DNA of 64,000 nt from Octopus sinensis. Lineage: Eukaryota. The position numbers were made by a program, and so were the translations under genes. Location: contig NC_043011.1 of assembly GCF_006345805.1 (NCBI RefSeq), positions 32,190,464 through 32,254,463 on the forward strand, written 5' to 3'. Under the pieces are notes generated by a model. That model worked only from the letters and a program-made list of their open reading frames with translations. It was not told where the DNA came from and searched no databases. Each line of letters starts with the position of its first letter. Position 1 is the first letter of the stretch. Shown here in pieces: positions 51,592-61,592 of the stretch.

Positions 51592-52227
51592 TATTGTTAT
51601 TATTATTATGATGATGATGATGATGATGGTGGTGGTGTGGTGGTGGTGATGATGATGATGATAATGAATGCCCTGATGCATTACCAGGCAGTGGCTCTCA
51701 TGGCTTTTGATCTAAACTGATTGGGAGTGTTAGCATGTACATTGTTTTGTCTTGGTATAAAAAGATGGGCTACAGCAAATATTCTGCTCAATACCACAGA
51801 TTTGCTTGTCAGTTGTTTGACCTTAACCATTTGAGCATGTCCCTTAGTGGCTGACGATATGTGCATCTCTGATCACGAGCAGAAGTAGTTGGGGAGTATC
51901 ATAGCCATGTGTTGAGAGGGATTCTTTGGGGTTTGAATAATTCACCTTTGGAAACATGGGTGTTTTGCTCAACATCCTTATTCAGGAACCTTTTGAGCTG
52001 GATAGGCTACTCGACCAGAAGAAAATTCTAACTGGGGCCCCAGCTACAAGGTCGTGCGCTGCTTATCTTGATATGTGATCACCATATCACGCACATATGG
52101 TTGTGATGCATGTGCCTGGTGTACCCTTATCAGACAGGTAGTCATGATGATTATACTGGGCTTTGTATATTTTACCCCAGTGCCACTTTGATGGCATGCA
52201 CTGGTCTCTCACTCAATAATAAAAATA

Positions 52228-52279
<52 letters not shown>

Positions 52280-52462
52280 TTCAAATTTTGGCACAAGACC
52301 TGAAATTTGTGGGAGGGGGATAGGCGATTACATCGACCCCAGTACTCTACTGGTACTTATTTTATCAACCCCAAAAGGAATTTGAACTGAGGACATAGAG
52401 ACAGACAAAATGCTGCTAAGCATTTTGCCAGGATGTACTAACGATTCTACCACCTCATTACC

Positions 52463-52508
<46 letters not shown>

Positions 52509-52799
52509 ATTATTTACATTTGACGGATATTTGTCTTCATCTTGTTTGTTATTAACACAACATTTCAGCTGATATACCCTCCAGCCTTCTTCAGGTGTCT
52601 TGGGGAAATTTCGAACATGGGTTCTCATTCCTAAGGTATTTTTCAATGTTATTATTATTACTATTATTATTATTATTATTCAGGTCACTGCCTGGAATCG
52701 AACTAGGAATCTTGGGGTTAGTAGCTCGTGCTCTTAACCACTGTTTTTCTTCTTTTTTTTACAAATAATAATAATTCTAAGTTTGATTCCAGGCAGTGA

Positions 52800-52852
<53 letters not shown>

Positions 52853-53197
52853 TTGAAAAATACCTTAATGAGAACCCAGGTTCGAAATTTCCCCAAGACA
52901 CTTAATGAAGGTTGGAGGGTATATCAGCCGAAATGTTGTGTTAACAACAAACAAGATGAGGACAAATATCCATCAAGTGTAAATAATGTAAATAATAATA
53001 TTAATAATAATTCTCTCTATTATAGGCACAAGGGCTGAAATTTGTGGGGAGTGGGTGAGTCAATTACATCAACCCCAGTGCAAAAAGGATGGAAGGCAAA
53101 GTCAACCTCGGCAGAGTTTGAACTCAAAATGTAGCAGCAGACAAAATATCGCTAAGCCTTTTGCCCAGCATGTTAATGATTCTGCCAGCTCACCACC

Positions 53198-53241
<44 letters not shown>

Positions 53242-53497
53242 TGTTATTATTATTATTATTATTATTTCTTTATTGCCCACAAGGGGCGAAACATAGAGGG
53301 GACAAACAAAGACAGACAAAGGGATTAAGTCGATTACATCGACCCCAGTGCGTAGCTGGTACTTTATTTATCGACCCCGAAAGGATGAAAGGCAAAGTCG
53401 ACCTTGGCGGAATTTGAACTCAGAACATAATGGCAGACGAAATACGGCTACGCATTTCGCCCAGCGTGCTAACGATTCTGCCAGCCCAATAATAATA

Positions 53498-53531
<34 letters not shown>

Positions 53532-56400
53532 GGAAACATAGGAAGTGTGAAGAAGTTCTAGGGAGTTAAAAGTTGGTCCTAAAAGTTAGTGGAGGGCTGA
53601 GGAAGATAGAGTGGTGAATGGGAGAAGAAAAAATAATTCTGATAGGTGGAGGCTGTATAAGACCAGGCAGTCTCAAAGAACAAAGGCCACTGGAGTAGTA
53701 GTTAGAGTAGAAAATGTGGTATGAGGAGACAGCAGGTTTGTGAGTCAGATATTGCAGATATTTAAGTGAGTGATTCCATGCTAACCACTTAGGTCTCTAT
53801 GGAAAATAAATAAAAGAAAGCCATCTTCATGAAACAATGAGGCATGCTTTGAAGTGGCTGAACAGGCAATCCCAACCAATTGGGATTCACAGTAAGGGTT
53901 TTACAATTCATCCTTTCAATCCCTTAATACAAAACGCAGCTCATGGGACCTCCACTGTTTGAGTGATTTTCCTGAGTCACCATCTCACCTCTGTGTGCCA
54001 CTCTGTCAACAAAATTACTCATTAACAGCTGAGTGAACTGGAGCAGTGTGAAATGAAGTATTTTACTCAAAAGCACAACACATGATCTGGGAGTTGAAAC
54101 CATGACCTTGCAATCACTAGCCCAAATTGTCTTCACAAAGATGTTAGAAGTGTTTGAGATGAATGTTAAAAATGCAACTCACTTTTCGTTTCTTTTCATC
54201 CTGAACTTCATTCATTGTCTTTATTTTCTCAACTTGAGAAGAAAGTACAGAACTCAATTCTTCATGTGTAGAGGCAACTTGATCAAATTCATATTTCAGC
54301 TTAATCCAAGATTGACCCATAACCCTAGAGAAAAAAAAATTTTTTTGAAGAAAGGAAAATAAAAATCAGTTTCTTTGTTCAATTAAAAATCTTTAAATCA
54401 AGATTGAACCTGGAACTATGTGCTTGAGAAGCAAGTTTCTTACCACATAGTCATGCCTGCACCCATATAGACAATTTATTGCACATAAATTCTAACAACA
54501 AAATCATAAATGGACTCTGATTAAAAACCGCTGGTGCAGATAGTAAAAGCAATAAATACTGATTATGTTACTAATACTGGTTATATAAAATTTGTAAGGT
54601 AACTTATGCATTGCAAGAAGAAACATTACTATTAAAAATAAACTAAATGTTTGTGACATTTATAAAAATATAAATAAAATATATTAAAACAGCAAAAAAA
54701 AAAAACCCCGAAAAAGCTTGACTGGTTCAGAAGTTATTTTAATAAACCACTGCATACAACAACTACTAACCATATGCACAAGCTAGTGAGGGAAGCCAGC
54801 TCTAAGTGCTTGTGCAATCTGCTAGAAATAGTAACCATGTCTTTCTTGAATCATATGTTACTCTTTAAAAAAAAAGAACACGTTAGAGAATGTAGTATTA
54901 TATGCTAAATTGTGTATAAGAAAATATAAATTATAAAGACAGGGTGGTCATAGCTGGACCATCTTTGATCATTGGTCTGTTCAGTCAGGGCTGGCTTGGT
55001 GCTGAACAATAACAACAACAATAAGAAAGAAGTATCTACAGTAGTCACCCGAGACATTAGAAATAAGAGCCAAATATATCTCAGATGACAACACTCTACC
55101 ATACTGAAAGGTGAAGGACACTCTAGACATATTTATTCTTAGAAATGCAATACTTGATGAAAGGACAGAATAGAATGATCAAAGCTGAAACAATTTTGAT
55201 TATAGGTCTACTCAGTAAGAAATGACCTGGAACAAAACAACAACAACTACAACAACAGCTTGGTCAACTTGACTGCATGGCATAAGGTCACAGATATGCT
55301 GTCCCTCCACTCTTTCTGTCTTTTCTATCACTGCTAATGTGGTGATGGATGACAAACAATTGACAATACTTCAAATAGCCAATGCTATTAGGAATATCCT
55401 GTGACAGGCTTGAGGATATTCTGCACAATGAACTTGGCATGATGAAGGCTTCTGCTTGGTGGTTGCCACATTTTCTAACATCTGATCAAAATTGTACCAG
55501 GCTGATCACATCACTGGAAAATCTGACATTGTTTGAAGTAGATCCAGCTGGTTTCCTTGAACATTTCCTAACCCAGGATGAGTGTTGAGTTCATCACTTT
55601 GAGCCAAAGACAAAGAGACAATCCATGCAGTGGAAACCCCCTCCTCACCAGCTCCAAAGAAGGCCCAGGTTGTTTCATTTGGAGGGAAGGTGACAGTCTC
55701 AGCTTTTTGAGGTGCAAAAGGAATCGTGTTTATTTACTATTTTCAAAAGGACCACAAAATCAATGGAGAGCACTATGTCAACTTACCGAGGCAGCTACAA
55801 ATGGCTAGCAAGACCAAACACCCAGGAAAACTTATGTAAAGTGTCTTGTTTCATGAAGACAATGCGCCACTATAAATGCCCTTGGTTTCAATGGCTGCTG
55901 TGCATGACAGTGGCTTTGAACTGGTTGATTGTTCTTCCTGTTCTCTTGATTTGGCCCCCATCTATCATCTATTCCCTAACATGAAAAAAACACTTGGCTG
56001 GGAACCAGTATCGCAGTGATGAAGATGTCATACCTGCTGTTGATGATTTTTTTCACCTTAAGGATGAAAGCTTTTTCACTAATAGAATCTATGCACTGCA
56101 ACACCGATGGAAGAAGTGTGTGGGCCATAAAGGGGCTATGTTGGAAATTAAACCTCATTTTGTTACATTCCATGACAGTATCATGGTCAGCCAATGAAAG
56201 TTTCAGCCAATCTTTTACTCTTTTACTTGTTTCAGTCATTTTGACTGCAGCCATGCTAGAGCACCACCTTTAGTCAAGCAAATCGACCCCAGGACTTATT
56301 CTTTGTAAGCCCAGTACTTATTCTATCAGTCTCTTTTGCCGAACCGCTAAGTTACGGGGACGTAAACACACCAGCATCGGTTGTCAAGCGATGTTGGGGG

Positions 56401-56432
<32 letters not shown>

Positions 56433-57672
56433 ATACAATGGGCTTCTTTCAGTTTCCATCTACCAAATCCACTCACAAGGCTTTGATTGGCCTGAGGCTA
56501 TAGTAGAAGACACATGCCCAAGGTGCCACGCAGTGGGACTGAACCCAGAGCCATGTGGTTAGTAAGCAAGCTATTTACCATACACAGCCATTCCTGCACC
56601 AATTACTATATCTATATATATAAAACTGTAGTTGTGTGAGTGTCTGTCCCCTTCGATTTAGATTCCTAACTACTCCCACATTTTGCGGTGCAGTTTAACC
56701 AAATTCGGGTATCTTATAGTCGTGATTCATATCGAGCCCGTCTGAGTATTAGCGTGCGTCTACGATGAGTCTACGATTTTAAAAATAATTTAACATCATT
56801 TTTTATTCCATTTTAATGCATAATTTTTCGTGTGTCGATGGCGGCGGAGTTGGCGTCCATGGTCACACCTGCACCTGTTTGCTTCTCCCCCTTCTTCCCT
56901 CCCTCGTGAAGCTGTGGGGAAGGGAGTGTAAGGAAATCAACTTCGTAAAGCGTTGTCAAGGAGACCAGCGTTCTTTTAGAACAACGACTTCATGGCTTGA
57001 AGACACCAAAACAGAAATGGCTAAGAAAGCCCGAATTGGCATCTATAAAGGAAGTAACTCTCTAAAAATGCTTATATAGTTATTTCCCTTACAAACCCGA
57101 GCAATGCCGGGCGATACTGCTAGTAGTTTATAAAAACCATCTATAGATTTTATGATGGTATAAGAATCTCTTTGCTTCAAATTTTCAAAGTAAGGACAGC
57201 ACACAACAATTAAAACCGGATAGTTACAGTAAGATTGGCTATCTTTGCTATCAATCTGCTTCAGTTGTGTTAATCAAGTCAAACTGACATCTTTGTCCAC
57301 ATAGGTCAGTTACCAAGCCTATGTCACAAACAACAGGAAAACTAAAGTTGGTCGGTGGACACTTAAATTAAGAGCCACCACATGGCATCCAATCACTTCA
57401 ATTTTAAAACTCACATAAGACAACCATGCAGGAAAAAATATATATTAACACATCCTCCTAAAATTTCCTGCTAATAGCCACACATTTCTACGAAGATCAT
57501 CAACATTATAGGTGCAGGAGTGGCTGTGTGGTAAGTAGCTTGCCTACAAACCACATGGTTCCAGGTTCAGTCCCACTGCGTGGCACCTCGGGCAAGTGTC
57601 TTCTACTATAGCCTCAGGACAACCAAAGTCTTGTGAGTGGGTCTGGTAGACAGAAACTGAAAGAAGCCCATC

Positions 57673-57718
<46 letters not shown>

Positions 57719-60700
57719 TCATCATCATCATCATCATCATCGTTTAGCGTCCGCTTTCCATGCTAGCATGGGTTGGACGGGTCAACTGGGGTCTGTGAAG
57801 CTGGAAGGCTTCGTCAGGCCCAGTCAGATCTGGCAGTGTTTCTACGGCTGGATGCCCTTCCTAACGCCAACCACTCCACGAGTGTAGTGGGTGTTTTTTA
57901 CGTGCCACCTGCACAGGTGCTATATATATATAAAGAACCCACTATACTCATAGAGTGGTTGGCATTAGGAAGGGCATCCAGCTGTAGAAACACTGCCAGA
58001 CCAGACTGGAGCTTGGTGCAACCTCCTGGCTTCACAGACCCTGGTCGAACCATCCGACCCATGCTAGCATGGAAAACCAACGTTAATGATGATGATATAT
58101 ATATATATATGTATGTATGTATGTATGTGTGTGTCTATGTTTGTGTGTGTGTGTGTCCCCACAACATTGCTTGACAACCAATGCTGGTGTGTTTACATCC
58201 CCGTAACTTAGTGGTTCGGCAAAAGAGACCAATAGAATAAGTACTAGGCTTACAGAGAATAAGTCATTGCTTGACTAAAGGCGGTGCTCCAGCATGGCAA
58301 CAGTCAAAATGACTGAAACAAGTAAAGAGTAAAGAGTATAATTTTAATGTCTACTTTAGCCAAGCCGGCAAGAGTTGAACAGGATATGTTGAAGTATTAT
58401 TCTAGAGACAGATGATGTTCTTGGTGTCATCCTTTGCTTGTTGTGGATGCGTGTGTGTGAGAGAGAGCGAATGAGCGTGAATATTTATCTCCTATACTTG
58501 ACATTGCATGATAGTTGCAAATGATTTCCATCATTGTAGATTGAACTGTTTAATGCAGGATACGTACACAGCACCTATAAAGGTGTGGAGGCACAATGGC
58601 CCAGTGGTTAGGGCTGCGGACCTGCGGTCATAGGATCGCGGTTTCGATTCCCAGACAGGACATTGCGAGTGTTTATTGAGTGAAAACACCTAAAGCTCCA
58701 CGAGGCTCTGGCAGGGGGTGGTGGTGATCCCTGCTGTACTCTTTCACCACAACTTTCTCTCACTCTTTCTTCCTGTTTCTGTTGTATCTGTATTTCAAAG
58801 GGCCAGCCTTGTCACACTCTGTGTCATGCTGAATCTCCGCGAGAACTACGTTAAGGGTACACATGTCTGTGGAGTACTCAGCCACTTGCACGTTAACAAA
58901 TGAGCTGCGACATCACTGGTGCCAAGCTGTATTGGCCTTTGCCTTTCCCTTGGGTAACATCGGTGGCGTGGAGAGGGGAGGCTGGTATGAGTGGGTGACT
59001 GTTGGTCTTCCATAAACAACCTTGCCCAGACTTGTGTCTCACAGGGTAACTTACTAGGTGCAATCCTATGGTCATTCATGACCGAAGGGGGTCACAACAA
59101 CACAACAACCTATAAAGGTACTGGCATGGTTATGTGGTATTGCTTCTCAATGACATGGTTGCAGGATCAGTGCCACTGAGTTGACCTTGGACAATTTCCT
59201 CTAGAACAGTCTAAGCTAGACCAAAGCCTAGTGACTGGATTTGGTAGATGGAAACTGAAAAGAAACCATCCTATGTGTATGTGTGTGTGCATGCATGTGT
59301 ATGCACATGTGTGTGTGTGTACGTATGTGTGCATATGTGTGTATGTGTGTGTGCATGTGTATCTATTCATGTGTCTCTTTGTGTTTGTTCCTCACCACTG
59401 CTTAACAACCAGTGTTGGTATGTTTACATCCCAGTAGCTTAGCAGCTCAAGCAAAAGGGACCGATAAAATAAGTAGCAGGCTTTAAAAATAAAAAAATAG
59501 GCACTGCGGTTGATTTGTTCAAGTAAACACTTCAAGGCAGTGCTCCAGCTGGGTAAAAAAGAAAATGTTTTTGCTACTGGGTTTCTTTGGTCAAGGCTGA
59601 CTTGAGATCAAATTACCACAACAACAACTTGACGACTGTGCTGCATTCTATACAATATGCTCTGACTACCACACGACCCACCTGGCAATAAACCCAGGTA
59701 ATCACACTTCACTCAACATAAGACCTGATGGCCATCTTCCACTCAAAACAACAAGACCTAACTCTCAAGCTTCACTCCATACAACATGGCCTAAACTACC
59801 ATAACCCACTTTACCTTACAAGACACAACCACCATACTTCACCCAAAACAACCACCTATGACTACAGGCATGTCTGCTTGCTTTCAACAGTTGACTAGAT
59901 AACAACAACTACAACACAAGCCACCATTATGTCTAACTACAAATAAGGACAATACATACCACCAATTACTCATGTTGTAACTATTACACAATATCAATCT
60001 CATGCTCTACAAGTATGCACACAGATATACGCAACACTCAAAAGTCGTATGAACTATATAATCATATAAACAAGACGTTCTGTTTGCTAGAAATAGCAAC
60101 CAAATCTTCAGTCTCTAAATCACACCCTGCTTTATTAAAAACAATTTGTTGGTACACACTGGATAGTATAGTCCTAGGTGTACTGTGTCTGAAATATTAT
60201 AATAGTTTGAAAGCAATAAAGCAATAAAAAAAAATGGGATGATTACCATGGGAAGGTCGTAAGAGCTTCAGACAGGTCACTACTATAAGAGTTGGCCTGG
60301 GGTTAAACGGTAATGACAACATTGTCAAAACTATTCAACACAAGCACAGACACTCACACATGCATGCATATGCACACACAGACACATACATATGCATACA
60401 CATACACACATACGTGCACACACATGCACACAGAATATTGTGAATGCTATGCACTACACAATCACACATACATAAACTCATGCATACACACACACACACA
60501 CACACACACACTCAGAGAACATATTTATCAAGGGTTAAAGAGCAAAAGAAAAAGAAAAAAAAAACAATAAAATTAATAACACTGAACAGAGATAAGAAAG
60601 AGAAGGAATAAAGCCAAACTAAAAAAAAACCCAAAAAAACAAATAAATAAAAAGCAACAAAAAAAACAAAAACAATACAAAACAAAAAAAAAATCAAAAA

Positions 60701-60819
60701 CAAACTAAGTAAGCATTATTCAAAGGTGAAAGAGTTTCACTTACCCCAAGTCCTCTCCTATTTCAGAGCCTTTGTTCAATCTATTCAGACTTTTGCTGTA
60801 TTCATTTTCTATTTTGGCT
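18962..60819 (-). CDS. PSTPIP1/2: PSTPIP-family F-BAR protein (PSTPIP1/2 co-orthologue, apparently SH3-less); 5'-partial spliced CDS: join(60819-60745,54324-54183,49676-49614,42256-42155,40744-40699,38151-38072,36287-36189,28512-28416,26286-26155,18972-18962)
   Basis: All exons have polypyrimidine-AG acceptors and GT donors, and the phases chain without a stop (2-2,2-0,0-0,0-0,0-1,1-0,0-0,0-1,1-1,1-stop). Joined peptide: (R)[285 protein letters not shown] motifs RAxIExEYSKxL, FQxLEEERI..R..LW and YExVRKxLExCxIxxDI..F...TG..P match recalled PSTPIP1/2 sequences. Confidence 0.9.
20003..20688. mobile_element. 686-bp MITE with long imperfect TIRs and an 8-bp TSD
   Basis: aagcaatg|GGCATACC...GGTATGCC|aagcaatg (TSD at 19995-20002 and 20689-20696); more than 100 bp of subterminal inverted similarity. 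Confidence 0.85.
24651..24948. mobile_element. hAT (Charlie-like) MITE
   Basis: Ends (c/a)agtggttcccaaac / tttgagaaccactg; degenerate 8-bp TSD cttcagag / ttttagag. Confidence 0.7.
25769..25819 (-). ncRNA. Predicted minimal type I hammerhead ribozyme, variant core G3-U-G-A-A-C8-A, UUA site (cut between 25776 and 25775)
   Basis: Hand fold: stem I UUUGUCA/UGGCGAA, core GUGAACA, extra G, stem II GUUGC/GCGAC, GAAA, palindromic stem III (AAUAUU), UA cleavage dinucleotide. Confidence 0.6.
25842..25892 (+). ncRNA. Second (inverted) copy of the G3-C8 variant hammerhead, UUU site
   Basis: Stem I UUUGUCA/UGGCAAA, core GUGAACA (25849-25855), stem II GUUGU/GCGAC, GAAA (25876-25879), AUAU-UU. Confidence 0.55.
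26155..26286 (-). CDS. PSTPIP1/2: PSTPIP-like exon, 132 nt, phase 1-1 (post-F-BAR tail): (A)[43 protein letters not shown]
   Basis: Long polypyrimidine tract ending ttttcag|CT, donor TTAG|gtaagt; open in the required phase, with a tyrosine motif DGDYCSI. Confidence 0.85.
26530..26761 (+). mobile_element. SINE family B, representative copy (Meta/MESC-like central domain). Others: + 8821-9050, 29845-30070, 36630-36858; - 43990-44251, 53265-53487, plus many decayed copies
   Basis: ggcggtgagctggcagaaacgttag...gagttcaaattcc (B box)...gactttgcctttcatcctttcggggtcgataaattaagtacc; domain name from recall. Confidence 0.85.
28416..28512 (-). CDS. PSTPIP1/2: PSTPIP-like exon, 97 nt, phase 0-1: [32 protein letters not shown](A)
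   Basis: Acceptor tttttgttttccag|TGT, donor CCTG|gtaggg; closely resembles recalled PSTPIP2 YEQVRKSLEMCSIQRDIEYFVNQRKTGQIPP. Confidence 0.95.
31477..31898 (+). mobile_element. SINE family A, representative full copy (tRNA-like head, central (TA)/(TG)n, tail gactgaaacaagtaaaagag). About 25 full or partial copies, e.g. + 5975-6372, 11263-11655, 33210-33633, 40870-41298; - 16890-17297, 41305-41610, 42395-42735, 56211-56601
   Basis: Repeated ~420-bp sequence aggagtggctgtgtggtaag...gggttcagtcccactg...ccttgggcaagtgtcttctactatagcc. Confidence 0.9.
33660..34200 (+). mobile_element. RTE-clade LINE 3' end
   Basis: [25 protein letters not shown], then short ggtgccatgtaaaa repeats and the conserved tail. 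Confidence 0.75.
34225..34480 (+). mobile_element. Degenerate RTE LINE ORF fragment
   Basis: [10 protein letters not shown]....[10 protein letters not shown] resembles RTE KGRLY..CVR..MLHGSETW. Confidence 0.65.
36189..36287 (-). CDS. PSTPIP1/2: PSTPIP-like exon, 99 nt, phase 0-0: [33 protein letters not shown]
   Basis: Acceptor ggtttttttttccag|GAA, donor AAG|gtaaga; FQxxEEERI..R..LW signature (inside supplied ORF 36015..36311). Confidence 0.95.
37151..37721 (+). mobile_element. Internally deleted mariner element inserted into the TA tract of a SINE
   Basis: TIRs tattgggttgtctggaaagtttgtgcc / ggcacgaactttctggacaacccaata; ORF 37374..37646 with [16 protein letters not shown] motif fused to the N-terminus [15 protein letters not shown]. 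Confidence 0.92.
38072..38151 (-). CDS. PSTPIP1/2: PSTPIP-like exon, 80 nt, phase 1-0: (D)[26 protein letters not shown]
   Basis: Acceptor ccatttatttcag|AT, donor ATT|gtaagt; Y...V..LE motif. Confidence 0.92.
38642..38977 (-). mobile_element. SINE family C, representative copy (tRNA head, CORE-like body). Others: - 21500-21834, + 34836-35175, partial - 17470-17655
   Basis: A box tggctcagtgg, B box gctcgaatccc, then ttgagcaagacac...ccagttcactcagctgtagaaatgag. Confidence 0.85.
40699..40744 (-). CDS. PSTPIP1/2: PSTPIP-like exon, 46 nt, phase 0-1: [15 protein letters not shown](D)
   Basis: Acceptor ttctctctttgcag|TTA, donor GCTG|gtgagt; supplies the phase change needed between its neighbours. 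Confidence 0.9.
42155..42256 (-). CDS. PSTPIP1/2: PSTPIP-like exon, 102 nt, phase 0-0: [34 protein letters not shown]
   Basis: Acceptor tttttttttgtcag|GCT, donor AAG|gtaagt; KxYxQK motif and terminal EK as in PSTPIP. Confidence 0.92.
45284..45503. mobile_element. piggyBac-like MITE, second family, nested in a Penelope-like remnant; a SINE-interrupted relative lies at about 34645-35213
   Basis: TTAA|CCCTTTAG...CGAAAGGG|TTAA. Confidence 0.8.
45560..45878. repeat. Long interrupted (TA)n microsatellite (one of dozens of (TA)n, (CA)n, (AAT)n and (GAT)n tracts)
   Basis: Direct inspection. Confidence 0.95.
46720..47271 (-). mobile_element. Probable second non-autonomous Helitron-like element (composite, includes a hAT-like end near 46830)
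   Basis: 5' A|TCTCTTATATAAAA on the minus strand; 3' end CTCG|T (degenerate CTAG). Confidence 0.45.
47775..48420 (+). mobile_element. RTE-clade LINE 3' end (ORF C-terminus plus repeat-containing 3'UTR and (GAT)n tail)
   Basis: [25 protein letters not shown]...[11 protein letters not shown]...[11 protein letters not shown], followed by aggaagggcatccagctgtagaaac and (gat)n. Confidence 0.8.
48560..48775 (+). mobile_element. Degenerate RTE (BovB-like) LINE C-terminal fragment; another faint RTE end at about 50870-51150 (-)
   Basis: RPGRGRP...VQQDL...[12 protein letters not shown]. Confidence 0.55.
49614..49676 (-). CDS. PSTPIP1/2: PSTPIP-like exon, 63 nt, phase 0-0: [21 protein letters not shown]
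   Basis: Acceptor tttccttcttgtag|TGT, donor AAT|gtaagt; size and phase fit the chain. Confidence 0.88.
49861..50010. repeat. (CAT)n-derived 33-bp-period minisatellite
   Basis: Repeated catcatcaccattgtcaccataatc...; produces the spurious Met-rich ORF 49787..50029. Confidence 0.8.
51673..52225 (+). mobile_element. Unclassified interspersed retroelement 3' end with (AAT)n tail; related copies at about 50170-50635 (+) and 29025-29710 (-)
   Basis: Three ~450-600-bp similar segments ending gcatgcactg.tctctcactcaataataat. Confidence 0.7.
52510..52743 (-). mobile_element. tRNA-headed SINE-like element with (AAT)n linker and Penelope-like hammerhead tail
   Basis: Partial A box cagtggttaa, B box gttcgattcc (52703-52694), then (AAT)n, then the hammerhead at 52599-52554, then ...aagatgaagacaaatatccgtcaaatgtaaataatgt. 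Confidence 0.65.
52554..52599 (-). ncRNA. Predicted minimal type I hammerhead ribozyme (CUGAAGA...GAAA), Penelope-like
   Basis: GACAC-CUGAAGA-A-GGCUG(loop)CAGCU-GAAA-UGUU/GUGUU; stem I GACAC:GUGUU. Confidence 0.6.
52777..53000 (+). mobile_element. Second, inverted, 5'-truncated copy of the same hammerhead-tailed element (core decayed to TTAATGA); a third degenerate tail lies at about 63765-63900
   Basis: Reverse-complement match to 52510-52710. Confidence 0.7.
53535..53860 (-). mobile_element. Degenerate CR1/L2-type LINE C-terminal fragment; a weaker relative lies at about 21900-22130 (-)
   Basis: [23 protein letters not shown] resembles the LQxLxHRRxVxSL..FYRYY.GxCS motif. Confidence 0.55.
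54183..54324 (-). CDS. PSTPIP1/2: PSTPIP-like exon, 142 nt, phase 2-0: [47 protein letters not shown]
   Basis: Acceptor ttttttttctctag|G, donor CGAAAA|gtgagt; F-BAR helix pattern SW..LK.E...VA..H..L. Confidence 0.93.
55340..56190 (+). pseudogene. Degenerate mariner transposase (stops and frameshifts)
   Basis: W(V/L)[55 protein letters not shown] motifs across ORFs 55382..55588 and 55994..56197. Confidence 0.88.
56611..57123 (+). mobile_element. Non-autonomous Helitron-like element, apparently complete
   Basis: A|TCTATATATATAAAA 5' end; 3' hairpin CCCGagcaatgCCGGG followed by CTAG|T; inserted at an AT site with no TSD. Confidence 0.75.
58583..58897 (+). mobile_element. SINE family D, representative copy. 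Others: - 27768-28146, 24040-24290, 3370-3520
   Basis: A box tggcccagtgg, B box gtttcgattccc, body with gtcacactctgtgtca...ctcagccacttgcacgtt. Confidence 0.8.
60745..60819 (-). CDS. PSTPIP1/2: PSTPIP-like exon, 75 nt, phase 2-2: (R)[24 protein letters not shown](G)
   Basis: Acceptor ctcctttttgcttcag|AGCC, donor TTGGG|gtaagt; FCH motif RAxIExEYSKxL. Confidence 0.93.
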
Positions 60820-61217
60820 CTGAAGCAAAAAGGAGACTATAATTAGCCAAGCTATTATAATTATCATCATCATCATTAGTATTAGTATTAGTATTATTGG
60901 TAGAACAGTAGAATGACCAACGGGGTGGAGTGAGGGTTGTGTTCAAACCCCTGTCCAGGTCAACTTTACTTTTCATCTTTCGTCTCAGCTTGATGAATAA
61001 AACCCCTTTAGCGCATTTAAACCAGTCTTATCCAGAGATGCAGGCATGGTTGTGTGGTAAGAACTTTGCTTCTCAACCTCATGGTTCTGGGCTCAGTCCC
61101 ACTGTGTGGCATTTTGGGTAGGTGTCTTCTACTATAGCTTCGGGTCGATCAAAGACTTGTGAGTGGATATGGAAAATGGAAACTGAAAAAAACCCATCAT
61201 ATATGTGTGTGTGTGTG

Positions 61218-61257
<40 letters not shown>

Positions 61258-61485
61258 TATCCTTTCTACTATAGGCACAATGTCAGAAATTTTGGAGAAG
61301 GGGATTACTTGATTACATCTACTTCAGTGTTTCACTGGTACTTAATTTATCGACCCTGAAAGGATAAAAGGCAAAGTCGACCGTGGCAGAAATTGAACAA
61401 AGAATGTAGAAACAGGCAAAATATTGCTAAGCATTTTGTCTAGCAGCTAATGATTCTGCCAGCTCAACACCTTGTGTGTGTGTGC

Positions 61486-61516
<31 letters not shown>

Positions 61517-61529
61517 TATATATATGTAT

Positions 61530-61592
<63 letters not shown>

